NCBI GenBank assembly: GCA_014379455.1 | Contig: JACMLT010000287.1 | Span: 1 to 50,499, forward strand | Reading direction: 5' to 3' | Length of the DNA: 50,499 nt | DNA from: Nitrospiraceae bacterium | GTDB lineage: Bacteria > Nitrospirota > Nitrospiria > Nitrospirales > Nitrospiraceae | Shown here: piece by piece, positions 18,191 to 28,115 of the stretch | Layout: the number at the start of each line of letters is the position of its first letter | Numbering within the stretch: the first letter of the stretch is position 1 | The notes under the pieces: generated by a model | Databases searched by the model: none | Told to the model about the DNA's origin: nothing | What the model saw: the letters and a program-made list of their open reading frames with translations, nothing else | Program-made: the position numbers and the translations under genes

Positions 18191-19189
18191 ATGTTAGTGC
18201 CAAATCAGCCATTAGTTAGTGTTTTACTCCCCGTGTACAACGGCGCCGGATTTTTGCAAGGCGGAATCGAGAGCATCCTCTCACAGTCCTACCGAAATAT
18301 TGAGCTGATCATTATCAACGATGGCTCCAGCGATGATTCCGCAAAGATTATAAGTAAATTCAAAGATCCAAGAATCCGTGTCTATCATCAGGAAAACCAA
18401 GGGTTGGCGGCGACTTTAAATCGTTCAATTATTCTGGCCAAGGGAGAATATCTTGCCAGGCAGGACCAGGATGACCTGTCACTCACCCAAAGACTTGAGC
18501 GACAAGTGAGTTTTTTAGATGCTCACCCAAGTTGTGGGCTGGTTGGTGGGTGGGCAGAGATCTGGGTCGGAAATGTGAGAAGTGAGCGAATCCACCAACA
18601 CCCTACCGAAAGTTCCCATTTGAAGTACGACTTACTATTTGACAATCCATTTGTCCACAGCTCCGTCATGTTGAGAAAATCGGCATGTGAAACGGTCGGT
18701 CTCTATTCAACCGACAAGGCAAGGCAGCCACCTGAGGATTATGAATTATGGTCTCGGGTGGCGAGACATTTCGAAGTGGCGAATATTCCTGAGGTTTTAT
18801 TGGTATATCGGGAAGTTCCGAACAGCATGTCACGGGCTGGAATGAGCCCTTTCCTTGATAGGGTAATTAATATCAGTGTCGAGAACCTGCTTTGGGCGAC
18901 AGGGAGAAAATTCTCAGATCGAGATGTGACCGACCTTGCAGCTCTCAATCATGCCGCATATCAGAGGGTATCCCCACGACCAAGTCTCAGAAAGTTGTCG
19001 CGAATATTATTTGAAGCAGCGGAGATGTTGAGCGACACCCATAGTTCGCCTTCGAATGCGCTAAGAGAGAGAGCACAGGTACGTTTTTCTGGTATCAGAA
19101 ACCATTACTTTCGACACACGCGAGCTAGAGGGCTTCGCCGGAGATTGGTGGATTTAGTCAGGGCTATGAAACGTATGGTCGTCGGATAG
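18191..19189 (+). CDS. family 2 (GT-A) glycosyltransferase
   Basis: VSVLLPVYNGAGFL...ELIIINDGSSDDS...ARQDQDD. It is paralogous to the ORF at 23483 (shared EDYELW/EDYDLW and ANIPEVLL.YR). Confidence 0.85.
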   Translation: MLVPNQPLVSVLLPVYNGAGFLQGGIESILSQSYRNIELIIINDGSSDDSAKIISKFKDPRIRVYHQENQGLAATLNRSIILAKGEYLARQDQDDLSLTQRLERQVSFLDAHPSCGLVGGWAEIWVGNVRSERIHQHPTESSHLKYDLLFDNPFVHSSVMLRKSACETVGLYSTDKARQPPEDYELWSRVARHFEVANIPEVLLVYREVPNSMSRAGMSPFLDRVINISVENLLWATGRKFSDRDVTDLAALNHAAYQRVSPRPSLRKLSRILFEAAEMLSDTHSSPSNALRERAQVRFSGIRNHYFRHTRARGLRRRLVDLVRAMKRMVVG

Positions 19190-19223
19190 AAATGAATGTC
19201 AAGGTGCATGTGAGTCAAGTCCA

Positions 19224-20162
19224 ATGAAACATTGCTGTGTTATTGGCGGGGCTGGATTTCTCGGGAGCCATGTTGTTGAGGTTCTCCATGCCAAGGGGGA
19301 ACTAGTTACGGTTATCGGCAGAACTCCCGTACCGTCAAGGATATTGCCGAAAGGGGTTCGCTATATTCCGGGCGATTACGGTGAGAGAGCATTCTTACTC
19401 GGTGCACTGAAGGGGGTGGATGAAATCATTAACCTTGCATACTCCACCGTTCCCAGTACCAGCTTTGACGACCCTGTACAAGATATCATTGGCAATTTGC
19501 CTGCTGCGGTTGGGCTGTTCGATGTTGCCAGCCGTCTTGCCATACGGAAAATCGTCGTCATCTCATCTGGCGGAACGGTGTATGGTCCAGCGCAAGATGT
19601 GCCAATCGTGGAGGCACATCCGACCAATCCGATTTCCCCTTATGGGGTAACCAAATTGGCCATAGAAAAGTATGGCCTCATGTTCATGAAGATAAAGGGG
19701 TTGCCCGTTGTGACCGTTCGACCAGCGAATGCATTTGGGGAGCAGCAAAAGCCATTTACTGGCCAGGGCTTCGTCGCCACTGCCATGGCGTCAGTGTTAA
19801 GGGGGAAAGACCTCTTCCTCTATGGCGACCCTGGAACGATTCGGGACTATATTCATGTTTCCGATGTCGCAACTGGAATTGTTGCGGCGTTGGAGCTCGG
19901 CAAACCGGGGTCATTGTATAACATTGGCAGCGGTGAGGGGAGGAGCAATAAAGATATCCTGGATGCCATTTATCCTTTTGCTCGAGCGGCCGGTCTTGAA
20001 CCGAAAGTGAATATTTTGCCTTCTCGACAGTTCGATGTTGAGACCAACATTCTTGATAGCGGGAAGCTAAAGCAGGAAACAGGTTGGGCCGCGAAGGTTC
20101 CCTTCAATGTGGGCATTGAGCAAACGTGGAATTGGTTTTTACGGGCCATGCAACAGACATGA
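19224..20162 (+). CDS. NAD-dependent sugar-nucleotide epimerase/dehydratase (extended SDR, GalE-like)
   Basis: GGAGFLGSH, ISSGGTVYG and a canonical YxxxK (SPYGVTK). Confidence 0.85.
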   Translation: MKHCCVIGGAGFLGSHVVEVLHAKGELVTVIGRTPVPSRILPKGVRYIPGDYGERAFLLGALKGVDEIINLAYSTVPSTSFDDPVQDIIGNLPAAVGLFDVASRLAIRKIVVISSGGTVYGPAQDVPIVEAHPTNPISPYGVTKLAIEKYGLMFMKIKGLPVVTVRPANAFGEQQKPFTGQGFVATAMASVLRGKDLFLYGDPGTIRDYIHVSDVATGIVAALELGKPGSLYNIGSGEGRSNKDILDAIYPFARAAGLEPKVNILPSRQFDVETNILDSGKLKQETGWAAKVPFNVGIEQTWNWFLRAMQQT

Positions 20163-20198
20163 GCGCCAGGATCTTTTCAGGGGAAATAGCAGGTTCGC

Positions 20199-21551
20199 AT
20201 GCGCATTTTACTCTGTTGTGAGCTCTATTCTCCAAGTGTGGGTGGCGTTCAGGAGGTCATGCAGCAGCTTGCGGAAAGGCTGGTCATGCGTGGGCATAAG
20301 GTCACCGTCGCCACTACGAAATTGCCAACGCGTCTTTTCAGTGAGCTAAATGGCGTCACAATCAGAGGGTTCAAGATTTCCGGAAACTTGGTACGAGGAA
20401 TTGAGGGGAAAGTAGCGGAGTACCGCCGCTTTGTTACCTCACAACAATTTGATGTGATTATGATCAAGGCAGCCCAGCAATGGACATTTGATGCCATTTG
20501 GCCGGTATTGTCGGAAATCAAGGCGGGGAAGGTATTTGTGCCATGTGGGTTTTCCGGCTTATACGAACCAGCGTATGCTGAATATTTTCGGCAATTGCCA
20601 CGTATTCTGCCGCAGTTTGACCATCTCATTTTTTATGCATCAGATTATCGGGACATTAATTTTGCCAGGGAACATGGACTTAGCAGGTTTTCTATTGTTC
20701 CAAACGGAGCGAGTGAGGCTGAGTTTTCAGTGGCCCCTGACCACAATTTCAGGCAACGGCATGGCATCGGTCTAAATGACTTGCTCTTCTTAACAGTGGG
20801 AAGTTTGAGCAGAGTGAAGGGGCATCTCGACGTTGCGACTGCATTCTTATCGGCTGACCTGGATGGGCACCCTGCAACCCTGATCTTGAATGGTAACGAG
20901 TCAGTGCCGGTGGAATGGAAGTCAACTGTCCGGGTATTGCATGTTAAATGTTGCGAGTACACCCGAATAGTCCGTGATATTTATGGCAAAGACGGTCTCC
21001 TCTGCGCCTTGAGATATCTCTTCCACGGTGTACTCAATAAAGGAGGAATACGCCGTGGTATGTACACGAGTAAAGGCATGGCCCACCACGTGACGTTTAA
21101 AGAGGAATTGCTTGCCATTACGGCTGAGGTCGAACGTCAGGGGAGTAATAAAAGAGTAGTAGTGACTGATCTGCCTCGGTCCGAACTGGTTCAGGCGTAT
21201 ATGAACTCGGATCTTTTCGTCTTCGCGTCTCATGTTGAATATTCACCCCTCGTGTTATTTGAATCAGCCGCAGCGGGAACTCCATTTCTTTCAGTTCCAG
21301 TCGGGAATTCTGGGGAAATTGCGCATTGGACAGGAGCGGGTGTGATTTGCTCAGCCTCTCAGGATGGAAAAGGGTATACCAAAGTTGACCCTGAGGTACT
21401 CGGTGAGCACTGGTCGCGGTTGGTTAAAGACAGAGCCTATCTCCGCCAGCTAGGCGAGGCCGGGAAGGAAAAATGGAGAGAAAGATTCACATGGGAGGAT
21501 ATCACTGATAAATATGAAGAAGTATTTCGAAAGGTGTCAATCGATGAATAG
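20199..21551 (+). CDS. GT-B (GT4/GT1-type) glycosyltransferase
   Basis: N-terminal MRILLCCELYSPSVGGVQEV and C-terminal EYSPLVLFESAAAGTPFLSVPVGN. Confidence 0.75.
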   Translation: MRILLCCELYSPSVGGVQEVMQQLAERLVMRGHKVTVATTKLPTRLFSELNGVTIRGFKISGNLVRGIEGKVAEYRRFVTSQQFDVIMIKAAQQWTFDAIWPVLSEIKAGKVFVPCGFSGLYEPAYAEYFRQLPRILPQFDHLIFYASDYRDINFAREHGLSRFSIVPNGASEAEFSVAPDHNFRQRHGIGLNDLLFLTVGSLSRVKGHLDVATAFLSADLDGHPATLILNGNESVPVEWKSTVRVLHVKCCEYTRIVRDIYGKDGLLCALRYLFHGVLNKGGIRRGMYTSKGMAHHVTFKEELLAITAEVERQGSNKRVVVTDLPRSELVQAYMNSDLFVFASHVEYSPLVLFESAAAGTPFLSVPVGNSGEIAHWTGAGVICSASQDGKGYTKVDPEVLGEHWSRLVKDRAYLRQLGEAGKEKWRERFTWEDITDKYEEVFRKVSIDE

Positions 21552-22269
21552 TTTCCGCGGACTCCTTGGTCTAAAACATGCGCCATCGCAGGAGAGAGGT
21601 AAGGACCCTGCTGTGAATATTCATTGCGACGAATTCGAGGTGAACAATTGGATTGTCTCGGAGTTTGTCGCAAGCACACTGGTCCCCATTGTCGGGGTAC
21701 ATCCGTTTCCTCTCAATGAGCTATTTTTGATGGTATCCGCGGTCTGTAGGCTTAAGCCAGATTACATTGTTGAGTGGGGAACCCATCTTGGGAAGTCCGC
21801 CAGAATCTTTTATGAGACCTCGAAGCGTTTTGGGTTAGACATCGCGATCCATTCAGTGGATTTGCCTGATGATACAGCCCATCAGGAGCACCCTGGACTG
21901 CAACGAGGGGTGTTGGTGAAAGGATTGCACGAGGTGACACTTCACCAAGGAGATGGGCTGACGGTTTGCCTTGAGATCCATAACCGTATTGGGAAACCCA
22001 ATTCGACGCTTGTGTTTATTGATGGTGACCATACCCATGCCTCTGTAAAACGAGAGCTGACTGGTGTGATGACACATATGCCAGATGCGAACATCCTCTT
22101 GCACGATACTTTCTATCAGTCTGAAAAGTCGGGTTACAACGTTGGACCGTATACGGCTATTGCAGAGGCCATGGCTGTTGCCCCCAATCGCTATCGCAGA
22201 CTCTCGACTGACACGGGATTGCCTGGGATGACCTTGCTGTATCAACTCACTAAGGTGCCTGGTTTGTGA
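21544..22269 (+). CDS. class I SAM-dependent methyltransferase (CmcI/cephalosporin-hydroxylase-like type)
   Basis: IVEWGTHLGKSARIF ... VFIDGDHTHASV. ATG 21544 gives an 8-nt overlap with the upstream gene; ATG 21514 is the alternative. Confidence 0.6.
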   Translation: MNSFRGLLGLKHAPSQERGKDPAVNIHCDEFEVNNWIVSEFVASTLVPIVGVHPFPLNELFLMVSAVCRLKPDYIVEWGTHLGKSARIFYETSKRFGLDIAIHSVDLPDDTAHQEHPGLQRGVLVKGLHEVTLHQGDGLTVCLEIHNRIGKPNSTLVFIDGDHTHASVKRELTGVMTHMPDANILLHDTFYQSEKSGYNVGPYTAIAEAMAVAPNRYRRLSTDTGLPGMTLLYQLTKVPGL

Positions 22270-22285
22270 GGGAAGTAGAATAGTC

Positions 22286-23482
22286 ATGCGTATTCTTTAT
22301 GCTGCGATGAAATATGACTATGGCAAGCCGGAACAAGGGCTCAGTTTTGAGCATTACAATTTCTATCACTCTCTCCTCCATATGGGGCACGACATCCTGT
22401 ACTTCGATTATATGACGCTCATGCAGCAGCATGGGCGAGACAGGATGAACCGACGATTGAAGGAAGTGGTCGCATTGGAAAAGCCTGATCTGTTGTTCGC
22501 GGTCCTGTTCACGGATCAATTCGATCCATTGGTGCTGCACGAACTCACAGAGACTCGTCTTCAGACCGTGAACTGGTTTTGTGACGACCATTGGCGATTT
22601 GATAACTACTCCCGCGATTGGGCACCTTGTTTTACGTGGGTTGTCACGACGGCGGCCAGCGCGCTACCCAAGTATGCAAGTCTTGGCTATTGCAACGTCA
22701 TCAAGAGTCAGTGGGGGTGTAACGACGTGTTGTACCGCAAGATGAATATGCCGATGAAGTACGATGTGTCGTTTGTCGGTCAGCCCCATGGCAACCGCCG
22801 ACAGGTGATTGACGCTTTACGCAAGGCAGGTATCAACGTTTATGTCTGGGGCGGTGGTTGGGAATCCGGTCGTTTATCACAGGAAGAAATGATTCGCGTA
22901 TTCAATCAGAGTCGCATCAATCTTAATCTGAGTAATGCATCGAAGCCGACTGATGTATCATTGCCGGTCATTACCCCCACAGTTTTCTCGAGCGATACGG
23001 TTCGCAGCCGGCTTTCTCGCTCTCTGGACGGGGTTCCATTCGGATCGCAGGTGAAGGCAATGGGGAAGGGCTGGCTCTCGGGACTGTGCGGCCCACTTGC
23101 TGCCTCAGTCGAATCAGAGCCAATGGAGACTCCTGATGTGCACTACAGTGATCAGATCAAGGGGCGCAATTTTGAAGTTCCCGGTTGTGGAGGGTTTTTG
23201 TTAACGGGAATGGCCGAAAATCTGGGACAGTATTATGAAATCGGGAAAGAAGTTGCGTGCTTTGACGATCGCCAGGATCTTATTGATAAGGTTCGCTATT
23301 ATCTGAAGCATGAGGATGAGCGGGCGGTGATTGCTCAGGCCGGCTACGAACGGACATTGCGTGAGCATACCTATGCCCGTAGATTCAGCGAAATATTTGG
23401 GCACATAGGGGCGCCAAGGGCTCAATTCCTTAACAGGGTAGATGAAGGAGTACCTCCAGGCTGCACCATAGAGGTGCAGTGA
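22286..23482 (+). CDS. CgeB-like glycosyltransferase, paralogue 2 of 3
   Basis: VSFVGQPHGNRRQVI ... NFEVPGCGGFLLTGMAENLGQYYEIGKEVACFDDRQDLIDKVRYYLKHEDERAVIAQAGYERTLREHTYARRF. Confidence 0.65.
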   Translation: MRILYAAMKYDYGKPEQGLSFEHYNFYHSLLHMGHDILYFDYMTLMQQHGRDRMNRRLKEVVALEKPDLLFAVLFTDQFDPLVLHELTETRLQTVNWFCDDHWRFDNYSRDWAPCFTWVVTTAASALPKYASLGYCNVIKSQWGCNDVLYRKMNMPMKYDVSFVGQPHGNRRQVIDALRKAGINVYVWGGGWESGRLSQEEMIRVFNQSRINLNLSNASKPTDVSLPVITPTVFSSDTVRSRLSRSLDGVPFGSQVKAMGKGWLSGLCGPLAASVESEPMETPDVHYSDQIKGRNFEVPGCGGFLLTGMAENLGQYYEIGKEVACFDDRQDLIDKVRYYLKHEDERAVIAQAGYERTLREHTYARRFSEIFGHIGAPRAQFLNRVDEGVPPGCTIEVQ

Positions 23483-24511
23483 ATGTCGCCTGTACCTCGT
23501 GTCAGTTTCCTCATGGCGGTCTACGATGGGGAAATGTACCTGGAGGAGGCGATTCAAAGCGTTCTGAATCAAACGTTTACCGATTTTGAGTTTATTGTCA
23601 TTAATGACGGCTCCATTGATGAGACGTCCCAGATCATTGAGCGCTATCGGCAACTGGATGGTCGTATCCGTGCATATGAGCAACCCAATCGCGGCCTAGT
23701 GGTGGCGCTCAATCGTGGGTTGGAGCTGGCTCGTGGTGAGTATGTTGCTCGGATGGATGCTGACGATATTAGTGTTACAGGGCGAACTGCCGCGCAGGTG
23801 GCGTTCATGGACGCGCATCCGGAGGTGGGGATTTGCGGGACATGGATTGAGACGTTTGGGAGTGGTGGGGCCGTAGTGCGGCAGTATCCCGCCGACGATG
23901 CCACAATTCGTAGTTGGCTGCTGTTTGAGTCGGTTCTGGCGCATCCCTCGATCATGATGCGCAGGGAACTGTTTGTGAAAACAGACCTTTCCTATGACGT
24001 GGGCTCTGTTCATGCCGAAGATTATGACCTTTGGGTCCGAGCGGCTCGTCACATGGCTCTGGCCAATATCCCGGAGGTTTTACTTCGCTATCGGCTCCAT
24101 TCACGGCAAGTGGTGCAAAAGCATGAAGCTGAGAAACTCGCTTCTGCTCGGCTTGTCCGCCTTGCTCAGCTGGAATATCTTGGAATCCAACCCACCGAGG
24201 AAGAGCTAGCGCTCCATCAAGCATTGAGTGCATGGCAGTTTCAGGCAACCTCAGACTTCATCAATGCCAGTCTCGCGTGGTTGCACAAGCTTAAAGCGGC
24301 TAACGACGTAGCTGGCATTTACCCGGAGCCGGTCTTGCTGAGGGTATTGGGCCAACGGTGGTTTGCATTGTGCGCCACGGCGACCCCCTTGGGCCTATGG
24401 ACATTGAAGACGTTCCAGCGCACGCCACTCAGCGCAGGGGCTGGCTTGACATGGATACAAATGCTTAAGTTTGCGGTCAAGTGTGGGATTAGGCGTAGAG
24501 TACATGTCTAA
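23483..24511 (+). CDS. family 2 (GT-A) glycosyltransferase
   Basis: VSFLMAVYDGEMYL...FEFIVINDGSIDETS...ARMDADD. The ATG directly abuts the upstream TGA. Confidence 0.85.
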   Translation: MSPVPRVSFLMAVYDGEMYLEEAIQSVLNQTFTDFEFIVINDGSIDETSQIIERYRQLDGRIRAYEQPNRGLVVALNRGLELARGEYVARMDADDISVTGRTAAQVAFMDAHPEVGICGTWIETFGSGGAVVRQYPADDATIRSWLLFESVLAHPSIMMRRELFVKTDLSYDVGSVHAEDYDLWVRAARHMALANIPEVLLRYRLHSRQVVQKHEAEKLASARLVRLAQLEYLGIQPTEEELALHQALSAWQFQATSDFINASLAWLHKLKAANDVAGIYPEPVLLRVLGQRWFALCATATPLGLWTLKTFQRTPLSAGAGLTWIQMLKFAVKCGIRRRVHV

Positions 24512-25703
24512 AAAGATCGCGATCGTATCGAGCTCATGCCCTCCTGTCAGCGCCGGAGGAGTGGCCAGCGCGCATTACCACTTATACCGTGCGCTGGCAC
24601 AAAAAGGATTTCAAGTACGGCTCTATACGTTTGAGGATTACCAGGTAGCATTGACTGAAAAAGATGTCACGCGTGTGGGGATGTCTCCCGGCCTCGTGCG
24701 TGGGCTACGGCGTCTGATCGGGTGGTACTTTCGAATCGTTGATCCGTCGAAAATCGTCTATCACTTTGCAGATGTCGCAGTCTCTGCCTGGCCCTGCATG
24801 AGGCTCAATTCAGCCATCAGAGATTTTCAGCCAGATGTCCTGATCCTTCCGGACCACGGATGTCCCGGTTTGTTTATCGCCAAACCAAAGAGATGTCGGA
24901 CCATTTTGATCTCCCATCACAATCCGGCTCGGTTCTTGAACAATCCCCTGTGGGGCCTTCACTCCGAACGCGACGCCAGGCTGGCAGTGGCTTGCGAGAA
25001 TAAGGTCTTGCGGAAAGTCGATGCTGTGGTGTGCCCGTCGCAGTATATGCAGGAGATGTTCAAGAAGACGTATGTCTATCCCGGGCCGGTCACGGTCATT
25101 CCTAATATGGTCGATGGCGAATTGATTGCGTCGATTCCACCTCATGATATTCGAGGCACGCTCGCTCTTCCAGACGACTCTGTCGTGATTTACATTCCTT
25201 CTGCCGGAAGTGTGTACAAGGGTGCCCGCTTTGTATTTGAGATTGTGAGGAGAATTTCTTCTTACGCCACGAAGGACATCGGATTCTACCTGTCAGGGAA
25301 CATTCCCCCTTTGCTGGCGTATGAGCTTCGGTTTGCCCCTTCTAATGCCAAAATCTATGCTCCAGGGCAGGTCGGCTATACGGAGAATCTGGCGACCGTA
25401 AAGGCCTGTTCATTCGGGGTATCGCCTACACTCATCGAAAACTTTGGCATGGCACTTCTTGAAGCGAGCATCTGCGGTGTGCCGATGGTTGCCTTTGATG
25501 TCGGCGGTAACGCTGACGTGGTGAGCAATGGCAGGACCGGCGTTCTCGTCCCCTTTCTCGACATCGAAACACTGATCCAATCGGCCTGCCGCCTCCTAGA
25601 TAGGGATTACTGCGCAAATTTGCGATCCGAGGCGGCATCGTATGCCACTGATAGATTCAGCAGCGATCTGACCGTTGAAAAGTTTGTCAGCTTGATGCAG
25701 TAG
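24504..25703 (+). CDS. GT4-family glycosyltransferase
   Basis: MSKKIAIVSSSCPPVSAGGVASAHY and ENFGMALLEASICGVPMVAFDVGGNADVV. ATG 24504 overlaps the upstream stop by 8 nt. Confidence 0.85.
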   Translation: MSKKIAIVSSSCPPVSAGGVASAHYHLYRALAQKGFQVRLYTFEDYQVALTEKDVTRVGMSPGLVRGLRRLIGWYFRIVDPSKIVYHFADVAVSAWPCMRLNSAIRDFQPDVLILPDHGCPGLFIAKPKRCRTILISHHNPARFLNNPLWGLHSERDARLAVACENKVLRKVDAVVCPSQYMQEMFKKTYVYPGPVTVIPNMVDGELIASIPPHDIRGTLALPDDSVVIYIPSAGSVYKGARFVFEIVRRISSYATKDIGFYLSGNIPPLLAYELRFAPSNAKIYAPGQVGYTENLATVKACSFGVSPTLIENFGMALLEASICGVPMVAFDVGGNADVVSNGRTGVLVPFLDIETLIQSACRLLDRDYCANLRSEAASYATDRFSSDLTVEKFVSLMQ

Positions 25704-25711
25704 CGTCTCCC

Positions 25712-26908
25712 ATGAAATTTTTGATTATCAACACCGACTACCCCGACTTCCTGCATTGGCTCTATGCGCAGCATCCAGGATTGAAAGATCGGTCGTACAA
25801 AGAACAGTTCGATGTTCGAGCAGAGAGCCTCTTCGGTGTGGCAGACTTCTATTCGACAAGCTTGATCCAGCTTGGACACGAGGCCAGAGAAGTTCATGCC
25901 AATAATGAATGGATTCAGAGAGCATGGGCCAGAGAACATCGCATCATGGTTGATGAGCCCGCTACCGCCGTTCGGAAAGGCGCTAGCTTGCTGCGGCGTG
26001 TTCCCGCGTTTGCCGCGAGTGCTCCGGTTCGCTGGTTAAAATCCTGTGCCAGACCGCTGCTGCGCCAACGTATGGAGCAGGATGACAGTTGGTTTTATGC
26101 GATTCTTTCTGCGCAGATCAAACATTGCAGGCCCGATGTTATCTTGAATCAAGATATGGCGGGAGTCAGCGCCACGTTTCTCGCAGAGATGAAGCCGCAC
26201 TATCGATTGCTCATTGGTCAACATGCTGCTACACGGCTCACGATGGATTCTAGTTACCAGTGTTACGATCTTATGATTTCCTCTTTCCCTCCGATGGTAG
26301 AATCTTTTCGGCGACAAGGGTTTTCAGCTGAGCTGAACCGCCTGGGGTTTGATTCTCGTATTCTGGCGAGACTTCGCCCTACTCAACAAAAGTTTGACGT
26401 AGCGCTAGTAGGAAGCTTCTCTGATGTCCATAATAGTCGAGTTGCACTCTTGAACGAACTATATGCAAAGTTAGATCGGCCAGAAACCATAAAAGTATGG
26501 GCTCCCACAGTCGATCATCTCCCTGCAGCGTCACCAATTAGGCGTCAGTACATGGGGCATGCGTGGGGATACCACATGTACGAAATTTTGAATGCTTCCA
26601 AGATGACTCTCAATCACCATGGGGATGTCCTCCCATATGCGAATAATATGCGGTTGTTCGAATCGACAGGGACGGGTACGTTGCTACTCACCGATTGGAA
26701 GGAGAATCTTCACGAGATGTTCGAGCCGGGCAAAGAAGTTGTAACCTATCGGACCCCAGAAGAATGTGCTGAGAAAATTCAGCACTATTTAACTCATGAA
26801 GCAGAGCGGCAGACCATTGCGTCTGCGGGCCAGGCACGGACTCTCCGTCATCACACCTATCAGCATCGCCTGCAAGAGTTCGTGGGCCTCGTATGCAGAT
26901 ATATTTGA
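25712..26908 (+). CDS. CgeB-like glycosyltransferase, paralogue 3 of 3
   Basis: VALVGSFSDVHNSRVALL ... MRLFESTGTGTLLLTDWKENLHEMFEPGKEVVTYRTPEECAEKIQHYLTHEAERQTIASAGQARTLRHHTYQHRL. Confidence 0.65.
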   Translation: MKFLIINTDYPDFLHWLYAQHPGLKDRSYKEQFDVRAESLFGVADFYSTSLIQLGHEAREVHANNEWIQRAWAREHRIMVDEPATAVRKGASLLRRVPAFAASAPVRWLKSCARPLLRQRMEQDDSWFYAILSAQIKHCRPDVILNQDMAGVSATFLAEMKPHYRLLIGQHAATRLTMDSSYQCYDLMISSFPPMVESFRRQGFSAELNRLGFDSRILARLRPTQQKFDVALVGSFSDVHNSRVALLNELYAKLDRPETIKVWAPTVDHLPAASPIRRQYMGHAWGYHMYEILNASKMTLNHHGDVLPYANNMRLFESTGTGTLLLTDWKENLHEMFEPGKEVVTYRTPEECAEKIQHYLTHEAERQTIASAGQARTLRHHTYQHRLQEFVGLVCRYI

Positions 26909-26992
26909 AAAACTTGCCAAAAACCCCGCCATCCTGCAGGCTTACTCTATTCATCCGTCGCCCATATGCTGCTGTGCTATCCCAGGATCCAT

Positions 26993-27015
26993 GGGTCAAT
27001 CCGACCTGTTTTTTT
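26993..27015 (+). terminator. weak candidate intrinsic terminator
   Basis: A short stem GGGTC (26993..26997) / GACCT (27003..27007) with the 5-nt loop AATCC, then G and a T7 run (27009..27015). It lies about 85 nt after the stop at 26908 in a 388-nt gap. Confidence 0.3.
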
Positions 27016-27296
27016 GTACCTTGAGAGCTCAGCGGTAGTTTCGCGGGGAATAGGGCGCGTGTTGGGCTTGTGATCTACGAGGGATAGATTTGAGCCATAT
27101 TCTCCCAGGGTGTCAACTGCATAGAAGATCAAAGTTATTCACCGATCTCGACTGAAAGCTCGTATGGTCGTTTCAAAAAGAGTGAGTCTGAAGAGTGGTT
27201 GCTGGGCGTCGGCCTGGTCAAGAATTCCATGATGATGCTCGTGTCGTTCCTTGTTCTTGTGGGGTCGTCCCACATGAGCGAGGTGCACAGAGCATC

Positions 27297-28115
27297 ATGC
27301 CCTGGAGTCTACCGATGCGCGCGCTGCTGAAGGCCATCTTGCCTGTATTGGCGCAACAGCTTCTGAAACGATGGTTCACGAAGCCAGTTTATCACAGACA
27401 GCCCAAGATACCGGTGGAGGAGTATGAGGTTCTGAAGGGGCAAGTTCCAGGAGAATCGAACGATGGATGGCAGGCTCCTGGCACAGCAAGACGACAACTC
27501 GACGCCTTTGCTCCCATTTTGCAAGAGATGCGGGAAGGCAAGCTGCGTGAAGATTTCGCCGCTCTCGTCGAAGCGGTACGTCTGACTCAGATGGATGACC
27601 CTCTCATTGTCGAGGTGGGCTGTGGAAGTGCCTGGAATAGAGAGGTATTAGAGAGGTTTTCGAATACCACCGTACGGTATGTGGGGATCGACTGCGGAGT
27701 TGAGATGCTCAAGGCGGCACACGCAATGTATCCGGGCGTTGTCACGTTGGCAGGAGATGCCACTGAGTTACCGTTTCGAAATGGGTCGATTGATATTCTT
27801 GTTTCAGGAACTCTCTTGATGCATCTGATGTCGTATCAAAAAGCAGTGGAAGAAAGTCGTCGCGTCTCGAAGCGCTGGTGTATTTTCCATACGGTTCCGC
27901 TGCTACAGACTAGGGAAACGACTGTATTGCGAAAGGATGCCTATGGACAGCCAACGCTAGAGATTATCTTCAATAGTGCGGAGCTTCTGGCCGTCTTTAC
28001 GGCGAATGGTTTGAGGGTTCGTGCCGCCATCGACAGTTTGCCGTATGATTTGGAGCCTGTCCTTGGTGAGCCGACTGTGACAAAAACTTTTGTGTGTGAA
28101 GTTGCAGATCGATGA
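27297..28115 (+). CDS. class I SAM-dependent methyltransferase
   Basis: IVEVGCGSAWN and LPFRNGSIDILVSGTLLMHL. ATG 27297 is preferred over the track GTG 27195. Confidence 0.75.
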   Translation: MPWSLPMRALLKAILPVLAQQLLKRWFTKPVYHRQPKIPVEEYEVLKGQVPGESNDGWQAPGTARRQLDAFAPILQEMREGKLREDFAALVEAVRLTQMDDPLIVEVGCGSAWNREVLERFSNTTVRYVGIDCGVEMLKAAHAMYPGVVTLAGDATELPFRNGSIDILVSGTLLMHLMSYQKAVEESRRVSKRWCIFHTVPLLQTRETTVLRKDAYGQPTLEIIFNSAELLAVFTANGLRVRAAIDSLPYDLEPVLGEPTVTKTFVCEVADR

